A stretch of 44,380 nucleotides of DNA from a virus (IMGVR_UViG_3300044983_000113:1-44380); one strand, 5' to 3'. Positions 18,233 to 26,937 are shown, counted from the stretch's first letter. Notes: generated from the sequence alone by a model not told the origin. Program-made: numbers and translations.

Positions 18233-18337
18233 GGTCTTGTCCGTGCGAGGAATCGCGCGGAGACCATCAACTTTCGGCCTTGTCCTTGAACGGGAGGCCG
18301 TCACTGCCCGGAAATGGCTTGATCCCTTGCGGGAGCC
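18233..18337 (-). ncRNA. structured capsid 5' leader with three bulged hairpins
   Basis: Hairpins at 18316-18337, 18276-18299 and 18233-18265, each with UCC/GGA pairing followed by a 3' CAA bulge. Confidence 0.65.
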
Positions 18338-18387
18338 GGTACGCCCGGATGTTGCACGTGAAACCTACGCAGAGTGGGGCGGAGCTC

Positions 18388-18397
18388 GCAACGCACC
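18388..18397 (-). promoter_or_regulatory. late promoter motif, copy 4 (capsid)
   Basis: GGTGCGTTGCGA-18nt-TAGGTT upstream of the capsid leader. Confidence 0.75.
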
Positions 18398-18402
18398 GTC
18401 CT

Positions 18403-18582
18403 TCATTTCTTCCTTACGTGCTTCGCCAGCCGGCTGATTTTCCGGCCCTTGTCGGCGTGCAGATATTCGCGCGCGACGTTCTGCGGCATCGGTTTCTTGC
18501 CGCTCGCGCGCAGCTTGCGCCGACCCGCCGCTGTCATCGACAACCCGGCGAACCCGTGCTGCGCCTGGGATTCACTCGCCAT
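18403..18582 (-). CDS. small basic phage protein
   Basis: MASESQAQHGFAGLS...HADKGRKISRLAKHVRKK. Confidence 0.65.
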   Translation of the reverse strand: MASESQAQHGFAGLSMTAAGRRKLRASGKKPMPQNVAREYLHADKGRKISRLAKHVRKK

Positions 18583-18883
18583 CGAGGCTGAGTTTGCGCT
18601 TGCCGAGCGCCGCCTTCGCGGCCTCGAAGCGGCGCAGGGTGTCCGGGTTCTGCAGCGTGGCCTGCAGCCCGCCCTTGTGCGGGTGCGCGCAGATGCTGCC
18701 GCTGATGATGCACTTGCCGGCCACAGCACAGGCGTCCGGACAGTTCTTGACGGTCAGGCCCGCGAATTCCACCGGCATCTTCGGGGCTGCCCGCAGCGGG
18801 CGGCCGCGGCGCCTGTTGGCGCGGGCGTGCCGCTTCTTCTTCACTGCCGGCGGTGCTTCGGCCGGCGTCTCGGTCATGCTCAT
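18572..18883 (-). CDS. basic Cys-containing hypothetical protein
   Basis: CPDAC...C...CAHP; ATGA coupling to the scaffold gene. Confidence 0.65.
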   Translation of the reverse strand: MSMTETPAEAPPAVKKKRHARANRRRGRPLRAAPKMPVEFAGLTVKNCPDACAVAGKCIISGSICAHPHKGGLQATLQNPDTLRRFEAAKAALGKRKLSLDGE

Positions 18884-19704
18884 GCGGCCTCCGGCGTGAT
18901 CTGCCGCGTCAGGGCCTCCCACTCAGCCCGAGCCGCCGGATCGCCGGAGGTCAGGCGCTTGCCCCACGCCGCATCGTTCATCAGTTCGTTCAGCTTCGAC
19001 TGCGCGCCCTCGCGCGTGGTCGGATGGCCGCCCGGCCCGCGGCTGCCGTCGTGCCAGGTGTCCTCGCTGGTGCCGGCGCCGATCTTGCGCATCGCCTCCA
19101 TCACGGCGGAATAGCCGATCTGCTTTTCGAGCGACGCGACCGCCTCGGGCGTGATGCCGAGCCGGCGCGCGCCCTCCATCGCCTTGAGGTGATTGTAGTC
19201 GTAGTTCGGGCCCCAGCTTTTTTTCAGCGCGTTCTTTTCCTCGTCGAGCTTCGCGGTGGCGACCGTCAACTCGGCCGAGTCGGCGTCCTCGAGGAACTTG
19301 AGGATCGGCTTTGCCACCTCGGCCGCAGCGTCCTTCGGCACGCGCCCCTTTTGCAGCGCAGCACGCATCGCATCGGCAAACGCCGGATCGAGGTCCGCGC
19401 CGGCGAACTTCAGGCCGGTCAGGTCGTAGTCCTTGGCCTCCTTCGGCACGCCGAGCCGCTGGTAGACGCCGTCCCAGCCGGCCACGTCCTCGGCCTTTTC
19501 CGGCAGGCGCAGAATGCGATCCGCCGGCACGCCGATGTGCTTTTCCAAGCTCCGGTACTGCTCGGTCAGCTTGGCGGCGAAGTCCTTCGGGTTCTCGAGC
19601 GGCAGGCCCTTGTTCTGCCAGAAGCCGAGCGTCTCGGCCTCGATGCCGTTGTGCCACGGCGGGGCCTGCTGCTGTTGCTGTTGCTGCTGTTCGCCTTCAG
19701 CCAT
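18880..19704 (-). CDS. capsid assembly scaffolding protein
   Basis: YRSLEKHIG, YQRLGVPKEAKDY, LKKSWGPNY; between portal and capsid. Confidence 0.8.
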   Translation of the reverse strand: MAEGEQQQQQQQQAPPWHNGIEAETLGFWQNKGLPLENPKDFAAKLTEQYRSLEKHIGVPADRILRLPEKAEDVAGWDGVYQRLGVPKEAKDYDLTGLKFAGADLDPAFADAMRAALQKGRVPKDAAAEVAKPILKFLEDADSAELTVATAKLDEEKNALKKSWGPNYDYNHLKAMEGARRLGITPEAVASLEKQIGYSAVMEAMRKIGAGTSEDTWHDGSRGPGGHPTTREGAQSKLNELMNDAAWGKRLTSGDPAARAEWEALTRQITPEAA

Positions 19705-19924
19705 GGCGTTTCGCCTCCTTCGCGGCGTCCGCCGCCTCCTTGGCGGATTCCGCCGCCTCGGCGGCAGCGTCCGCCTCGTTGTACGGCTTCAGCAGCCCGG
19801 CGAGCTCGGCCGAGTCCTCGACCATCGTCTTTGGCCGCCCGTGCTCGCGCAGGTGCTGTTCGAGCTTGCGCGCGGTGCAAAGCAGCAGCTTCATCTCGTC
19901 ACTGACTTCTGGCTTCTTCGACAT
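19697..19924 (-). CDS. hypothetical protein
   Basis: 75 aa, AAGGAG RBS. Confidence 0.6.
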   Translation of the reverse strand: MSKKPEVSDEMKLLLCTARKLEQHLREHGRPKTMVEDSAELAGLLKPYNEADAAAEAAESAKEAADAAKEAKRHG

Positions 19925-20192
19925 GGCTTTCTCCTTCAAGTCGACGGGTGTGGAGGACAACGAGTTCTTCGGGGGTCAGTTCGATGAAATTCATCACGCG
20001 CAGGTAGACCTGCCGGCGGCCTTCCATCACCAGCGACAGATCGCGGTCGCCGCGTATTACGCAGGTCTCGCGCGCATGGCAGAACCTCGCGAGATCGACG
20101 AAGGCCGGCAGCGCGCGCGCGTTCTCGCCGAACGCTGCCTGATAGGCGGCCTTCCATTCGGAGAAATATCGCAGCGCCTCGTCGGGGGTCAT
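19899..20192 (-). CDS. Bbp19-like protein
   Basis: AYQAAFG...DLARFCH...EGRRQVYLRVM; directly after the portal. Confidence 0.75.
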   Translation of the reverse strand: MTPDEALRYFSEWKAAYQAAFGENARALPAFVDLARFCHARETCVIRGDRDLSLVMEGRRQVYLRVMNFIELTPEELVVLHTRRLEGESHVEEARSQ

Positions 20193-21949
20193 GCTGCTAC
20201 ACCGCCGCCGCCGCCCATCGGAACGCCGAGCGCCTTGGCCTCAACGGCGCGCGCCTTGATCATCGCAGCCTGCGCCGGCGCTGCCTGGATCTGCTCCTGC
20301 CGCTGCTGCGCCTGCGCGCGCGCCTTGCCCTTGGCGGCGATCTGTTTCTCGTCCGCCATCCAGCGCTCGGGCACGTTCTGGATGCGCGCGATCTCGGGGA
20401 TGGCGACCGCGAAGTTGAGCGGGTCGAGCAGGCTCTGGTCCTGCGTGACGTTGACCATCTCGCGCAGTTGCTCGAGCAGCCGCAGGAAGCCGGCCGCCTC
20501 GTTCGACCGCGCGGCGAGCGCCAGCGGCGAGGTGTCCGTGATGGCGTATTGGCCCATCGCCTCCATGAGCCGCGGCGGAATCGGCTCCAGCATCTGCATC
20601 TCGGCGAGCAGATCGAGCTCGCGCTCCACCAGTCCTCCGACATATTCGGTGTGCTGCCGGCCGAGCGTCGGCGCCACCAGCATGCCCTTCTCGTTGACCA
20701 GTTCGATCACCTGCGTCGCGGTCATGTTCGGATGCTCGGAAAGCACCTTGAACAGCGAGACGAGGAACACGTCGTCGATGATGCCGCGCTCCTCGCCCAT
20801 CATCTTCTCGGTGATCTGGATGTTGCCGGTCGGCAGCGGGTGCACCAGCACCTTGCCGTCGGAGGTCACGCCGCCGGGATTGAGCGCGCCGGGGCGCAGG
20901 TTCATCCCGACAATGCCGTCGTCGGCGAGCAGGAGCACCGGATCCGCGGCGCGGTGCCCGGACTTGAGGAACACCGCCTTTTCGGCGTTGAGCGTCTTGA
21001 GCGAGGGCAGCACGATCATCGCCGGGCCGCGGCCATACACCTCGCCGGGCGTCTGGTCGTAGCGCGAGATCGCATAGGGAAACTTGCGATAGCCGCCCTC
21101 CGGCTGCATCAGGCAACGCCCCTCGATCGAGACGTAGTGCGAGGAGAACGGCATCCGGCGCTGGTCGAGCGCCTCGGGGTCGTAGTCGTCCTCGCGGCGC
21201 GGCCGCACGCAATGCAGGAAGTTATAGGGCCACTGGCTCTCCTGCTGCAGCGGGCCGATCAGGTTCTGCGGCAGCGCGTCGATGCCCCACTTCTGCACCG
21301 CCTGGTAGGCGGTCAGGCGGAACCAGCGGATGATCCGGTCGACCTTGCCCTGGTGGTTCTCGCCGTAGAAGGTCTCGCCGAGCGGCACCGCCTTGTAGCG
21401 CAGGCCCCGGCTGCCGAGGTGCCAGCGGTTGTCGAGCTTGTCGACGAACATGTTGGAATTGCCGAACGCGCCGAGCGACTGCCAGTTGTTGTAGTTCTGC
21501 GCCGCGAAATTCGCGTTCGCCGCATAGCGCTGGTCGAACAGCAGTTGCGTCGTGTTCTCGAACCATAGCCGCGTCGGCCGGTCCTTCATCACGTACTCGT
21601 CGCTCTGTAGCCCGTGCCACTTCATGTTGCGCGGCGTCACCAGCGATTCCGCGATGGCGCAGAAACGGTGCAGCGCGAGCGCTCCCGTCGCGTCGACCTG
21701 CTGCTGGGTCTTCTTCTGGCCCGGCCAGTTGTAGCTCTGATAGAAGAACGTGTTGCGCGACGTCGGCAGGATGAGCTCCGCCACCTCCTCCCAATGCTGC
21801 GCCGTCGTGTTGCGCCATGTCTGTTTTTGCGCGAAGTCGCGCAGGATGTCGGTGACGATCGTGGCCTCGCGATCGGAGATCACGCGCGACGGCCCAGTCG
21901 GCAGCGTCGAGGGGTCGTATGGCGCTAGGCTAGTGTAGGCGCTTGGCAT
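20189..21949 (-). CDS. portal / head-to-tail connector (T7/BPP-1 type)
   Basis: WEEVAELILP, GEVYGRGPAM, MTATQVIELVNEKGMLVAPTLGR. Confidence 0.92.
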   Translation of the reverse strand: MPSAYTSLAPYDPSTLPTGPSRVISDREATIVTDILRDFAQKQTWRNTTAQHWEEVAELILPTSRNTFFYQSYNWPGQKKTQQQVDATGALALHRFCAIAESLVTPRNMKWHGLQSDEYVMKDRPTRLWFENTTQLLFDQRYAANANFAAQNYNNWQSLGAFGNSNMFVDKLDNRWHLGSRGLRYKAVPLGETFYGENHQGKVDRIIRWFRLTAYQAVQKWGIDALPQNLIGPLQQESQWPYNFLHCVRPRREDDYDPEALDQRRMPFSSHYVSIEGRCLMQPEGGYRKFPYAISRYDQTPGEVYGRGPAMIVLPSLKTLNAEKAVFLKSGHRAADPVLLLADDGIVGMNLRPGALNPGGVTSDGKVLVHPLPTGNIQITEKMMGEERGIIDDVFLVSLFKVLSEHPNMTATQVIELVNEKGMLVAPTLGRQHTEYVGGLVERELDLLAEMQMLEPIPPRLMEAMGQYAITDTSPLALAARSNEAAGFLRLLEQLREMVNVTQDQSLLDPLNFAVAIPEIARIQNVPERWMADEKQIAAKGKARAQAQQRQEQIQAAPAQAAMIKARAVEAKALGVPMGGGGGVAA

Positions 21950-22391
21950 CGGGGTCCTGCGGGTCCATCGTCGGATCCAGCCGATGGTCGGCGACCACCC
22001 ACTTCTTCACCGCGATGAACAGCTGCTCGCGGTCGCTGTCGTCGAGCTTGAGCGCATCGGCCAGCCGGCGGAAATCGTCGCGCAACTCGATCTCGTTGCG
22101 ATAGAGCACCTCCTGCCGCTCGATCCGGCCATCGCGCTGCACGACATCGGCGACGATCGCGCCCGACTTCGCCACCCGGCCAGCGCTCGACAGGAACGGC
22201 GCCGAGATCGACTCGAAGCCCGGGAATGCGACCTTGAGCAAGGTGAGCAGCTGCTCATCGTAGTTGTGGGCGAGCACTGACAGCAGCACGGCCGCGGTCT
22301 TCCCGCGCGCCGCGACCAGCGCCCGCGCCTGCCAGGTCGCCATCAGGTCGAACGCGAGCCGGGTCACGAGGTCTTCACGCACCCTGTCCAT
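21930..22391 (-). CDS. hypothetical protein
   Basis: 153 aa, GGAGGG RBS. Confidence 0.7.
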   Translation of the reverse strand: MDRVREDLVTRLAFDLMATWQARALVAARGKTAAVLLSVLAHNYDEQLLTLLKVAFPGFESISAPFLSSAGRVAKSGAIVADVVQRDGRIERQEVLYRNEIELRDDFRRLADALKLDDSDREQLFIAVKKWVVADHRLDPTMDPQDPDAKRLH

Positions 22392-22581
22392 ACGCCCTCC
22401 CGAACAGCGCCATGGTGGCGGGCGAGCCGGGAAGCCCGGTCAGCGCGCGCTGGTGTTCCTCCTGCATGCGCTTCTTGCGCTCCTCCTCGGTCATGTCCTT
22501 GACCTGATCGCGCAGCACGCCGCCGAGCCCGAGCGCGTCCGCGGCGGGGGACAGTCCGGGCATTCGCTGATCTACGGGCAT
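22375..22581 (-). CDS. hypothetical protein
   Basis: MPVDQRMPGLSPAADALG..., 6 nt after the putative -10. Confidence 0.65.
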   Translation of the reverse strand: MPVDQRMPGLSPAADALGLGGVLRDQVKDMTEEERKKRMQEEHQRALTGLPGSPATMALFGRAYGQGA

Positions 22582-22613
22582 GGCGGGACGGTGCGTCCGG
22601 CCGGACGGGAGCC

Positions 22614-22623
22614 GCAACGCACC
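22614..22623 (-). promoter_or_regulatory. late promoter motif, copy 5
   Basis: GGTGCGTTGCGG-18nt-CACCGT, then 6 nt to the ATG. Confidence 0.75.
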
Positions 22624-22624
22624 A

Positions 22625-24082
22625 TCAGGTTCCGGCGAACACGTCGAACTCCGTGCCCTCCGCGACCTGCCCGCGCGCCGCGGCCACGGCAACCCCGCCC
22701 AACTGCACCGCGCGCCCGAACCGCTTTCCCATCAGGGCAATGCGGGTCGCCGACATCAGGTCGTCCTTGATCTTCACGATCATCCCGTCCTTGCGGTGAT
22801 AGAACCGCCGCTCCTCGAACCAGTCCGAAAGGTGCGAGGCAACCTTCAGCCGGCCGGTCTGCTCGCGCTCCTGCCACTCCATGATGCCCGCCTCGGTCGA
22901 GATCGAACCGTCCGGCCAGGTCGCGTGCTGGCCCAGCATCACCAGCCCCTCGGCCTTGTAGAGCTTCGCGATCGGCTCGCCGGTGCCCTTCTCGCGATCG
23001 CCGGCGTCCTTCGGCCACGCCACCGGCACCGCAGCCCCGATCGGCTTCATCGCCTTGGCGTGCATGATCGGCAGCGCGTCGGCCATCCGCACACAATGGT
23101 GGACGTGCACCACGTCGTTGTCCCGGTCCCACAGCACCAGCACCGCGGCGAACGGATGCCCGATGCCGATGTCGATGCCCCACAGCTTCAGCCAGTGCGG
23201 CGGCACGTAGGTCAACGCCGCCTCGCGGATACCCTCCTCCGGCACAAGGAAAATCCGCCCCGAGCCCAGCACCGGCACGCCCCGCGCGCGCGCCTCCCGC
23301 TCGTGCGGCAGGTACCCGGCAATGATCTTCTCCCGCTCCGCGACCGGGATGTGCTCGGCATCCTCGATCGTCATCATCACAACGCCGCGATCCGCCGACG
23401 CCTCGTCGAGAAATCGGATCACCACCGACGACCGCCCCTTGAGCGGCGTGAACGTCATGAACGCAATACCGCCGGTCGCCACCGTCCGGGTCAGAAACTC
23501 CGCGTACACGTCCTCCGGCGGCTCCTCGTCGGCCCACCCCCAGTCGATCGACTCGCCCTGGAACTTGGCCCGTCCCTGCTCGTAGGACTTGAACCGCGCA
23601 ACCGAGATGCCGCCCGACTTGTGCCGCACCTGGATCGTGTCGTAGGCGTCCGTCACCCCGCGCGCCAGCGACGGCCGGTCGGTGAACGCATCCTTCGGGA
23701 TCATCCCGGCGCCGAACATCTCCTCGACGCCAGGCTCCCCGCAGAGCTTCTTCTGCTGCACGTCGCGCACCACCAGCGACGTCTCGCCCGCAATCCACCC
23801 CTTGGTCGGATGATCGAACCGCCGGCCGTTCCACCAGCGCGGATACTCTCCCGTCAGGTGGCACGTCGCCTCGAACGCGCCGGCGTGCGTCTTGCCGTTC
23901 TGGTTCCCCGCGATCAGCAGCCGCTCGCGCTTGCCCGCCCCCATCGCATAAAATTCGGCCTGCTTGCGGTACGGCACGAAAAAATCAAACTGCCGGAACT
24001 TCTTGCGGTAGGCCGCCGCCTCCAGCGTCTCGAGGATCTCCCGGAGCTCGGCATCGCTGCGCACCGCGGTGCTATCCGCCAT
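22625..24082 (-). CDS. terL: terminase large subunit
   Basis: Walker A AGNQNGKT, Walker B WADEEP, MTFTP coupling motif, GIDIG and DDLMSATR nuclease motifs. Confidence 0.95.
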   Translation of the reverse strand: MADSTAVRSDAELREILETLEAAAYRKKFRQFDFFVPYRKQAEFYAMGAGKRERLLIAGNQNGKTHAGAFEATCHLTGEYPRWWNGRRFDHPTKGWIAGETSLVVRDVQQKKLCGEPGVEEMFGAGMIPKDAFTDRPSLARGVTDAYDTIQVRHKSGGISVARFKSYEQGRAKFQGESIDWGWADEEPPEDVYAEFLTRTVATGGIAFMTFTPLKGRSSVVIRFLDEASADRGVVMMTIEDAEHIPVAEREKIIAGYLPHEREARARGVPVLGSGRIFLVPEEGIREAALTYVPPHWLKLWGIDIGIGHPFAAVLVLWDRDNDVVHVHHCVRMADALPIMHAKAMKPIGAAVPVAWPKDAGDREKGTGEPIAKLYKAEGLVMLGQHATWPDGSISTEAGIMEWQEREQTGRLKVASHLSDWFEERRFYHRKDGMIVKIKDDLMSATRIALMGKRFGRAVQLGGVAVAAARGQVAEGTEFDVFAGT

Positions 24083-24590
24083 CGCGCGGCTCGTGCTCGA
24101 TCACCACCGCCCCCGGCGCCGCGTTCGGCCCCAGCAGCTTCGCCGCGTCCACCCCCAGCACCCCAGCCAATTCCTTGATCCGCTCCAGCATCACTACCCC
24201 GGTCCGGTCAGTATGGCTGACCGAAACATGGTGCTCGGTCTTCTCGTGCAGCCCTACCCGGTTCGCGATCATTTCCGCAGCCCGCAAATGCTGCGGATGC
24301 TTCGGATTTGCCGCCGTCCGCAGCAGCACCGCGCTCGCCAGGATCGGCCCAACCCCGAAAAGCTGCGACCGCCCCACCTCAAAAACCGCTGCCTCGACCC
24401 TCGGATTGCGCAGCAAATGGTGCGCACGCACCTTCGCCGCACCACCAGTGTCGGAATACCCCGCCGCCCGCGCCCAACTCGCCGCGCTCCCAAACGGGTC
24501 CGCCGCCATCGCCAGCACAAATCGCCGAGGTTTCGGCCCTAAAGCCAGCATCGCAGGACCGTAACCCGAAAGATCTTCAACTTCGTCCAT
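24072..24590 (-). CDS. terS: terminase small subunit
   Basis: RRFVLAM...WARAAGYS...AHHLLRNPRV HTH; immediately upstream of terL. Confidence 0.8.
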   Translation of the reverse strand: MDEVEDLSGYGPAMLALGPKPRRFVLAMAADPFGSAASWARAAGYSDTGGAAKVRAHHLLRNPRVEAAVFEVGRSQLFGVGPILASAVLLRTAANPKHPQHLRAAEMIANRVGLHEKTEHHVSVSHTDRTGVVMLERIKELAGVLGVDAAKLLGPNAAPGAVVIEHEPRDGG

Positions 24591-24622
24591 GCCCGAGCGG
24601 CATAATGCGTTACTGGTTGGTC

Positions 24623-24632
24623 GCAACGCACC
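24623..24632 (-). promoter_or_regulatory. late promoter motif, copy 6
   Basis: Exact 10-mer 32 nt upstream of the terS ATG. Confidence 0.7.
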
Positions 24633-24730
24633 AAAGCCGCGTAGCCGATAAATCCCTCAACCGACTATATTTTCCAGAAAAGCCGCGAAAAAGGGTGGGG
24701 ACCTCGATCTACAGAGAGAGATCCGTTGTC

Positions 24731-24868
24731 GGGGGTACCCCCACCCTACCCCCGGTCTATTTCGTCAACGAATTCAACGACGCGCCCTCGAGCCTGGCAG
24801 CACCGCATCGCGCGCGCGGCATCCACGCTCAGGCCTCTAGAGTGAGGATGACTGCTAACACATTGATA
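24731..24868. other. candidate packaging/end region with palindrome and IHF-like site
   Basis: GGGGGTACCCCC at 24731-24742; TATCAATGTGTTA (minus strand) at 24856-24868 matches WATCAANNNNTTR. Confidence 0.45.
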
Positions 24869-25105
24869 TATCTACGTGCGACATACTGCACGAGTATATC
24901 GGTCGCGATCGGTGCATATTGCTGCGGTGCAACTCGTTACTGCACTGCATTGCACAATGAGGTGTTTCGCGTGGTGCTACGCGTGGTGCTCATTGCAGCG
25001 TCTGATCGTGCGTTTGCGGTGCTGCTCGAGGTGCTGGCGTGTCGTGGCACTGGGTGCGGCGCGGCAGTATAAGATATATGCTGTAGCCGGACCCAGTGCC
25101 AATCA

Positions 25106-25693
25106 TCAACCCAGTGCCAGCTTGCGGCGTCGGAACCATGTGCGCCGGCTGATGCCGAGCGCTTGCCACGGCTTGCGCTTGCGGAATTGTGCGAGGTATT
25201 CGGCGCGCGGCTTGGCGCCTTGTTCCCGTCGGCATTCTTCCTTGGCTTGGCGCGCGCGTTCCTGCCGATCGTGCCAGCGCTGTGACTTTGGCTTGTCGAC
25301 GCTGCCGATCGTGGTGATTTTGAGCGTGGTTCTGTCGGCATAGGTGAGGCGCAAGCGCCATGCGAGCTTGTCTGCGCGCCAGCGCCGCGGCTTGGCGATA
25401 GTGTCAATCAGGAGTGCCTTGCATTCGGCGATCGGCATCCACGGGCAACGCAGCTCGAGGAACCCCATGACGCGCTTGCGCGGGTCTCCGGACATTGCGG
25501 CCAGGTGGTGCGCCATGATGGCGGCATCATCTCGGCCGGCGTCATCATCGGGCAGCACTTCGCCATAGCGGCAGGTGAACAGGCGCGAGAGCTCGGAGAC
25601 GCGCAGTGCGGCTATGCTAGGCCTTGGTTGCGCGCGGCCGCGGCGCTTGCCTTTGAATTTGAGATTGGCGCGGCGGAGTGAAGGCGATGGCAT
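25106..25693 (-). CDS. basic DNA-binding protein with C-terminal HTH
   Basis: Ends KPWQALGISRRTWFRRRK, like plasmid replicase C-terminal HTHs. Confidence 0.7.
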   Translation of the reverse strand: MPSPSLRRANLKFKGKRRGRAQPRPSIAALRVSELSRLFTCRYGEVLPDDDAGRDDAAIMAHHLAAMSGDPRKRVMGFLELRCPWMPIAECKALLIDTIAKPRRWRADKLAWRLRLTYADRTTLKITTIGSVDKPKSQRWHDRQERARQAKEECRREQGAKPRAEYLAQFRKRKPWQALGISRRTWFRRRKLALG

Positions 25694-25725
25694 TTGAGAG
25701 TGTGAGCGCAGCTGCGCGGCCTCTT

Positions 25726-25735
25726 GCAACGCACC
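25726..25735 (-). promoter_or_regulatory. late promoter motif, copy 7
   Basis: GGTGCGTTGCAA...CACACT, then 5 nt to the ATG. Confidence 0.7.
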
Positions 25736-25793
25736 GGATAGCCTAGAGCGGCGCGGGTTTCCTGCCCGCGATACAAACGATACAATTTATCTC

Positions 25794-25827
25794 TTGCGCA
25801 TTTTATGCGTACGTATATGTTGCGCAT
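25794..25827 (+). promoter_or_regulatory. sigma70-like promoter of the plus-strand islet, overlapped by TRCGYA palindromes
   Basis: AT-rich; TTGCGC-16nt-TATGTT; TGCGCA-N5-TGCGTA and TACGTA-N5-TGCGCA. Confidence 0.5.
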
Positions 25828-25865
25828 ATCGGCACACCAAGGCCGCAACTAGAGGAACCGAGCAA

Positions 25866-26069
25866 ATGACTACCCGATCCGACATTCTCCGCGCTGATGC
25901 CGACCGTAAAGGCATCCCGCTACGCACACTCGACGACGTGAAAGAAACGATTGCGGAACGCATTCGCATCAAGGCTAACCCTGCCAAGATGGCGAGCCTG
26001 ATGCTGCGCCACGGGCGGCTGACTGACGAGGCGCGCGCGTGGCTCGCCAGCGAATATCCGCAAGCCTAA
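25866..26069 (+). CDS. hypothetical protein
   Basis: MTTRSDILR..., TAGAGGA RBS. Confidence 0.7.
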   Translation: MTTRSDILRADADRKGIPLRTLDDVKETIAERIRIKANPAKMASLMLRHGRLTDEARAWLASEYPQA

Positions 26070-26120
26070 CCACCATTCACCACTCGGCACGCCAATGCCG
26101 ACCAACATAGAGGACAAACC

Positions 26121-26375
26121 ATGCGATACCGTAAAGACAACTCCCCGCGCACCATCATTGCGAAGTTTGCCGGCAAATGCGGCTGCTGCGGCGGCACGAT
26201 CAACGCTGGCCAAATGGTCGACTACATCCCGGGCAAGGGAATTTGGCACCTCAAGGCAATCGAGGGCAATTCCAGCAGCTGCTATGCCGAGCTTCGCAAG
26301 CGGCAGCAGGATCCGGGTTTCGTCGATCTTGACCGCATGTACGAAGACCAGTGCGCCGACATCTGCGGCCGCTAG
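26121..26375 (+). CDS. small zinc-binding protein
   Basis: AKFAGKCGCCGGTINAG...WH...C; TAGAGGA RBS. Confidence 0.75.
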   Translation: MRYRKDNSPRTIIAKFAGKCGCCGGTINAGQMVDYIPGKGIWHLKAIEGNSSSCYAELRKRQQDPGFVDLDRMYEDQCADICGR

Positions 26376-26426
26376 TCTCGCCTTCCCACAATCCCCCGCG
26401 CCAACGGGCAACCTAGAGGACAGACA

Positions 26427-26927
26427 ATGACCAAGCTCTACACCTGCAAGCACCATGACCACGCGCATTCCTACGTCGCGTGCGCGGATTGCGGCCATCA
26501 ATATTGCCCGCACTACTGGCGGTCCTGCCCGCGCTGCAACGGCAATGGTTATGACAACATGTCTAACTTCAATGGCAAACACACCATTCCGCCGACCGGT
26601 GACGCGATCCGCCACCTTTGCGGCTATATCATCCACGAATTGACACACTGGACGGGCGCAAAAAGCCGCTTGGAGCGCGATTTCTCCGGGCGCTTTGGGA
26701 CGCATGCCTATGCGCTCGAGGAGCTCGTTGCCGAGATTGGCGCGGCGTTCCTTTGTGCCGAATTCGGTTTCGACATTGTGAGCCGGTCGGCGGGATACCT
26801 CGACCATTGGCTGCAGGCATGCAAGGCGAACCCGCGCGCGATCTTCGCGGCCGCGTCCAATGCTTCGAAGGCAGCCGAATATCTGCGCGGCTTGGCGCTT
26901 GCCGAGCCCGTGGCCATGGCAGCGTGA
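26427..26927 (+). CDS. Zn-ribbon fused to an ArdC-like zincin metallopeptidase domain
   Basis: HELTHWTGAKSRLER...YALEELVAEIGAAFLCA...SAGYLDHWL...AASNASKA; Cys/His-rich N-terminus. Confidence 0.85.
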   Translation: MTKLYTCKHHDHAHSYVACADCGHQYCPHYWRSCPRCNGNGYDNMSNFNGKHTIPPTGDAIRHLCGYIIHELTHWTGAKSRLERDFSGRFGTHAYALEELVAEIGAAFLCAEFGFDIVSRSAGYLDHWLQACKANPRAIFAAASNASKAAEYLRGLALAEPVAMAA

Positions 26928-26937
26928 GGGCCGCGCC

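Noticed and set aside
17258-18304. Longer 348-aa capsid start
   Set aside because: The upstream part is the hairpin leader; MSENLPKL at 18196 fits the family N-terminus better.
19664-19690. Poly-Gln CAG/CAA tract as a phase-variable element
   Set aside because: It is short, in-frame, uses mixed codons and lies in a disordered scaffold N-terminus.
5544-24178. Long plus-strand ORFs (e.g. 5544-7580, 11711-14161, 16406-18214, 19311-21062, 22580-24178)
   Set aside because: These are antisense shadows of high-GC structural genes with Arg/His-rich, motif-free translations.
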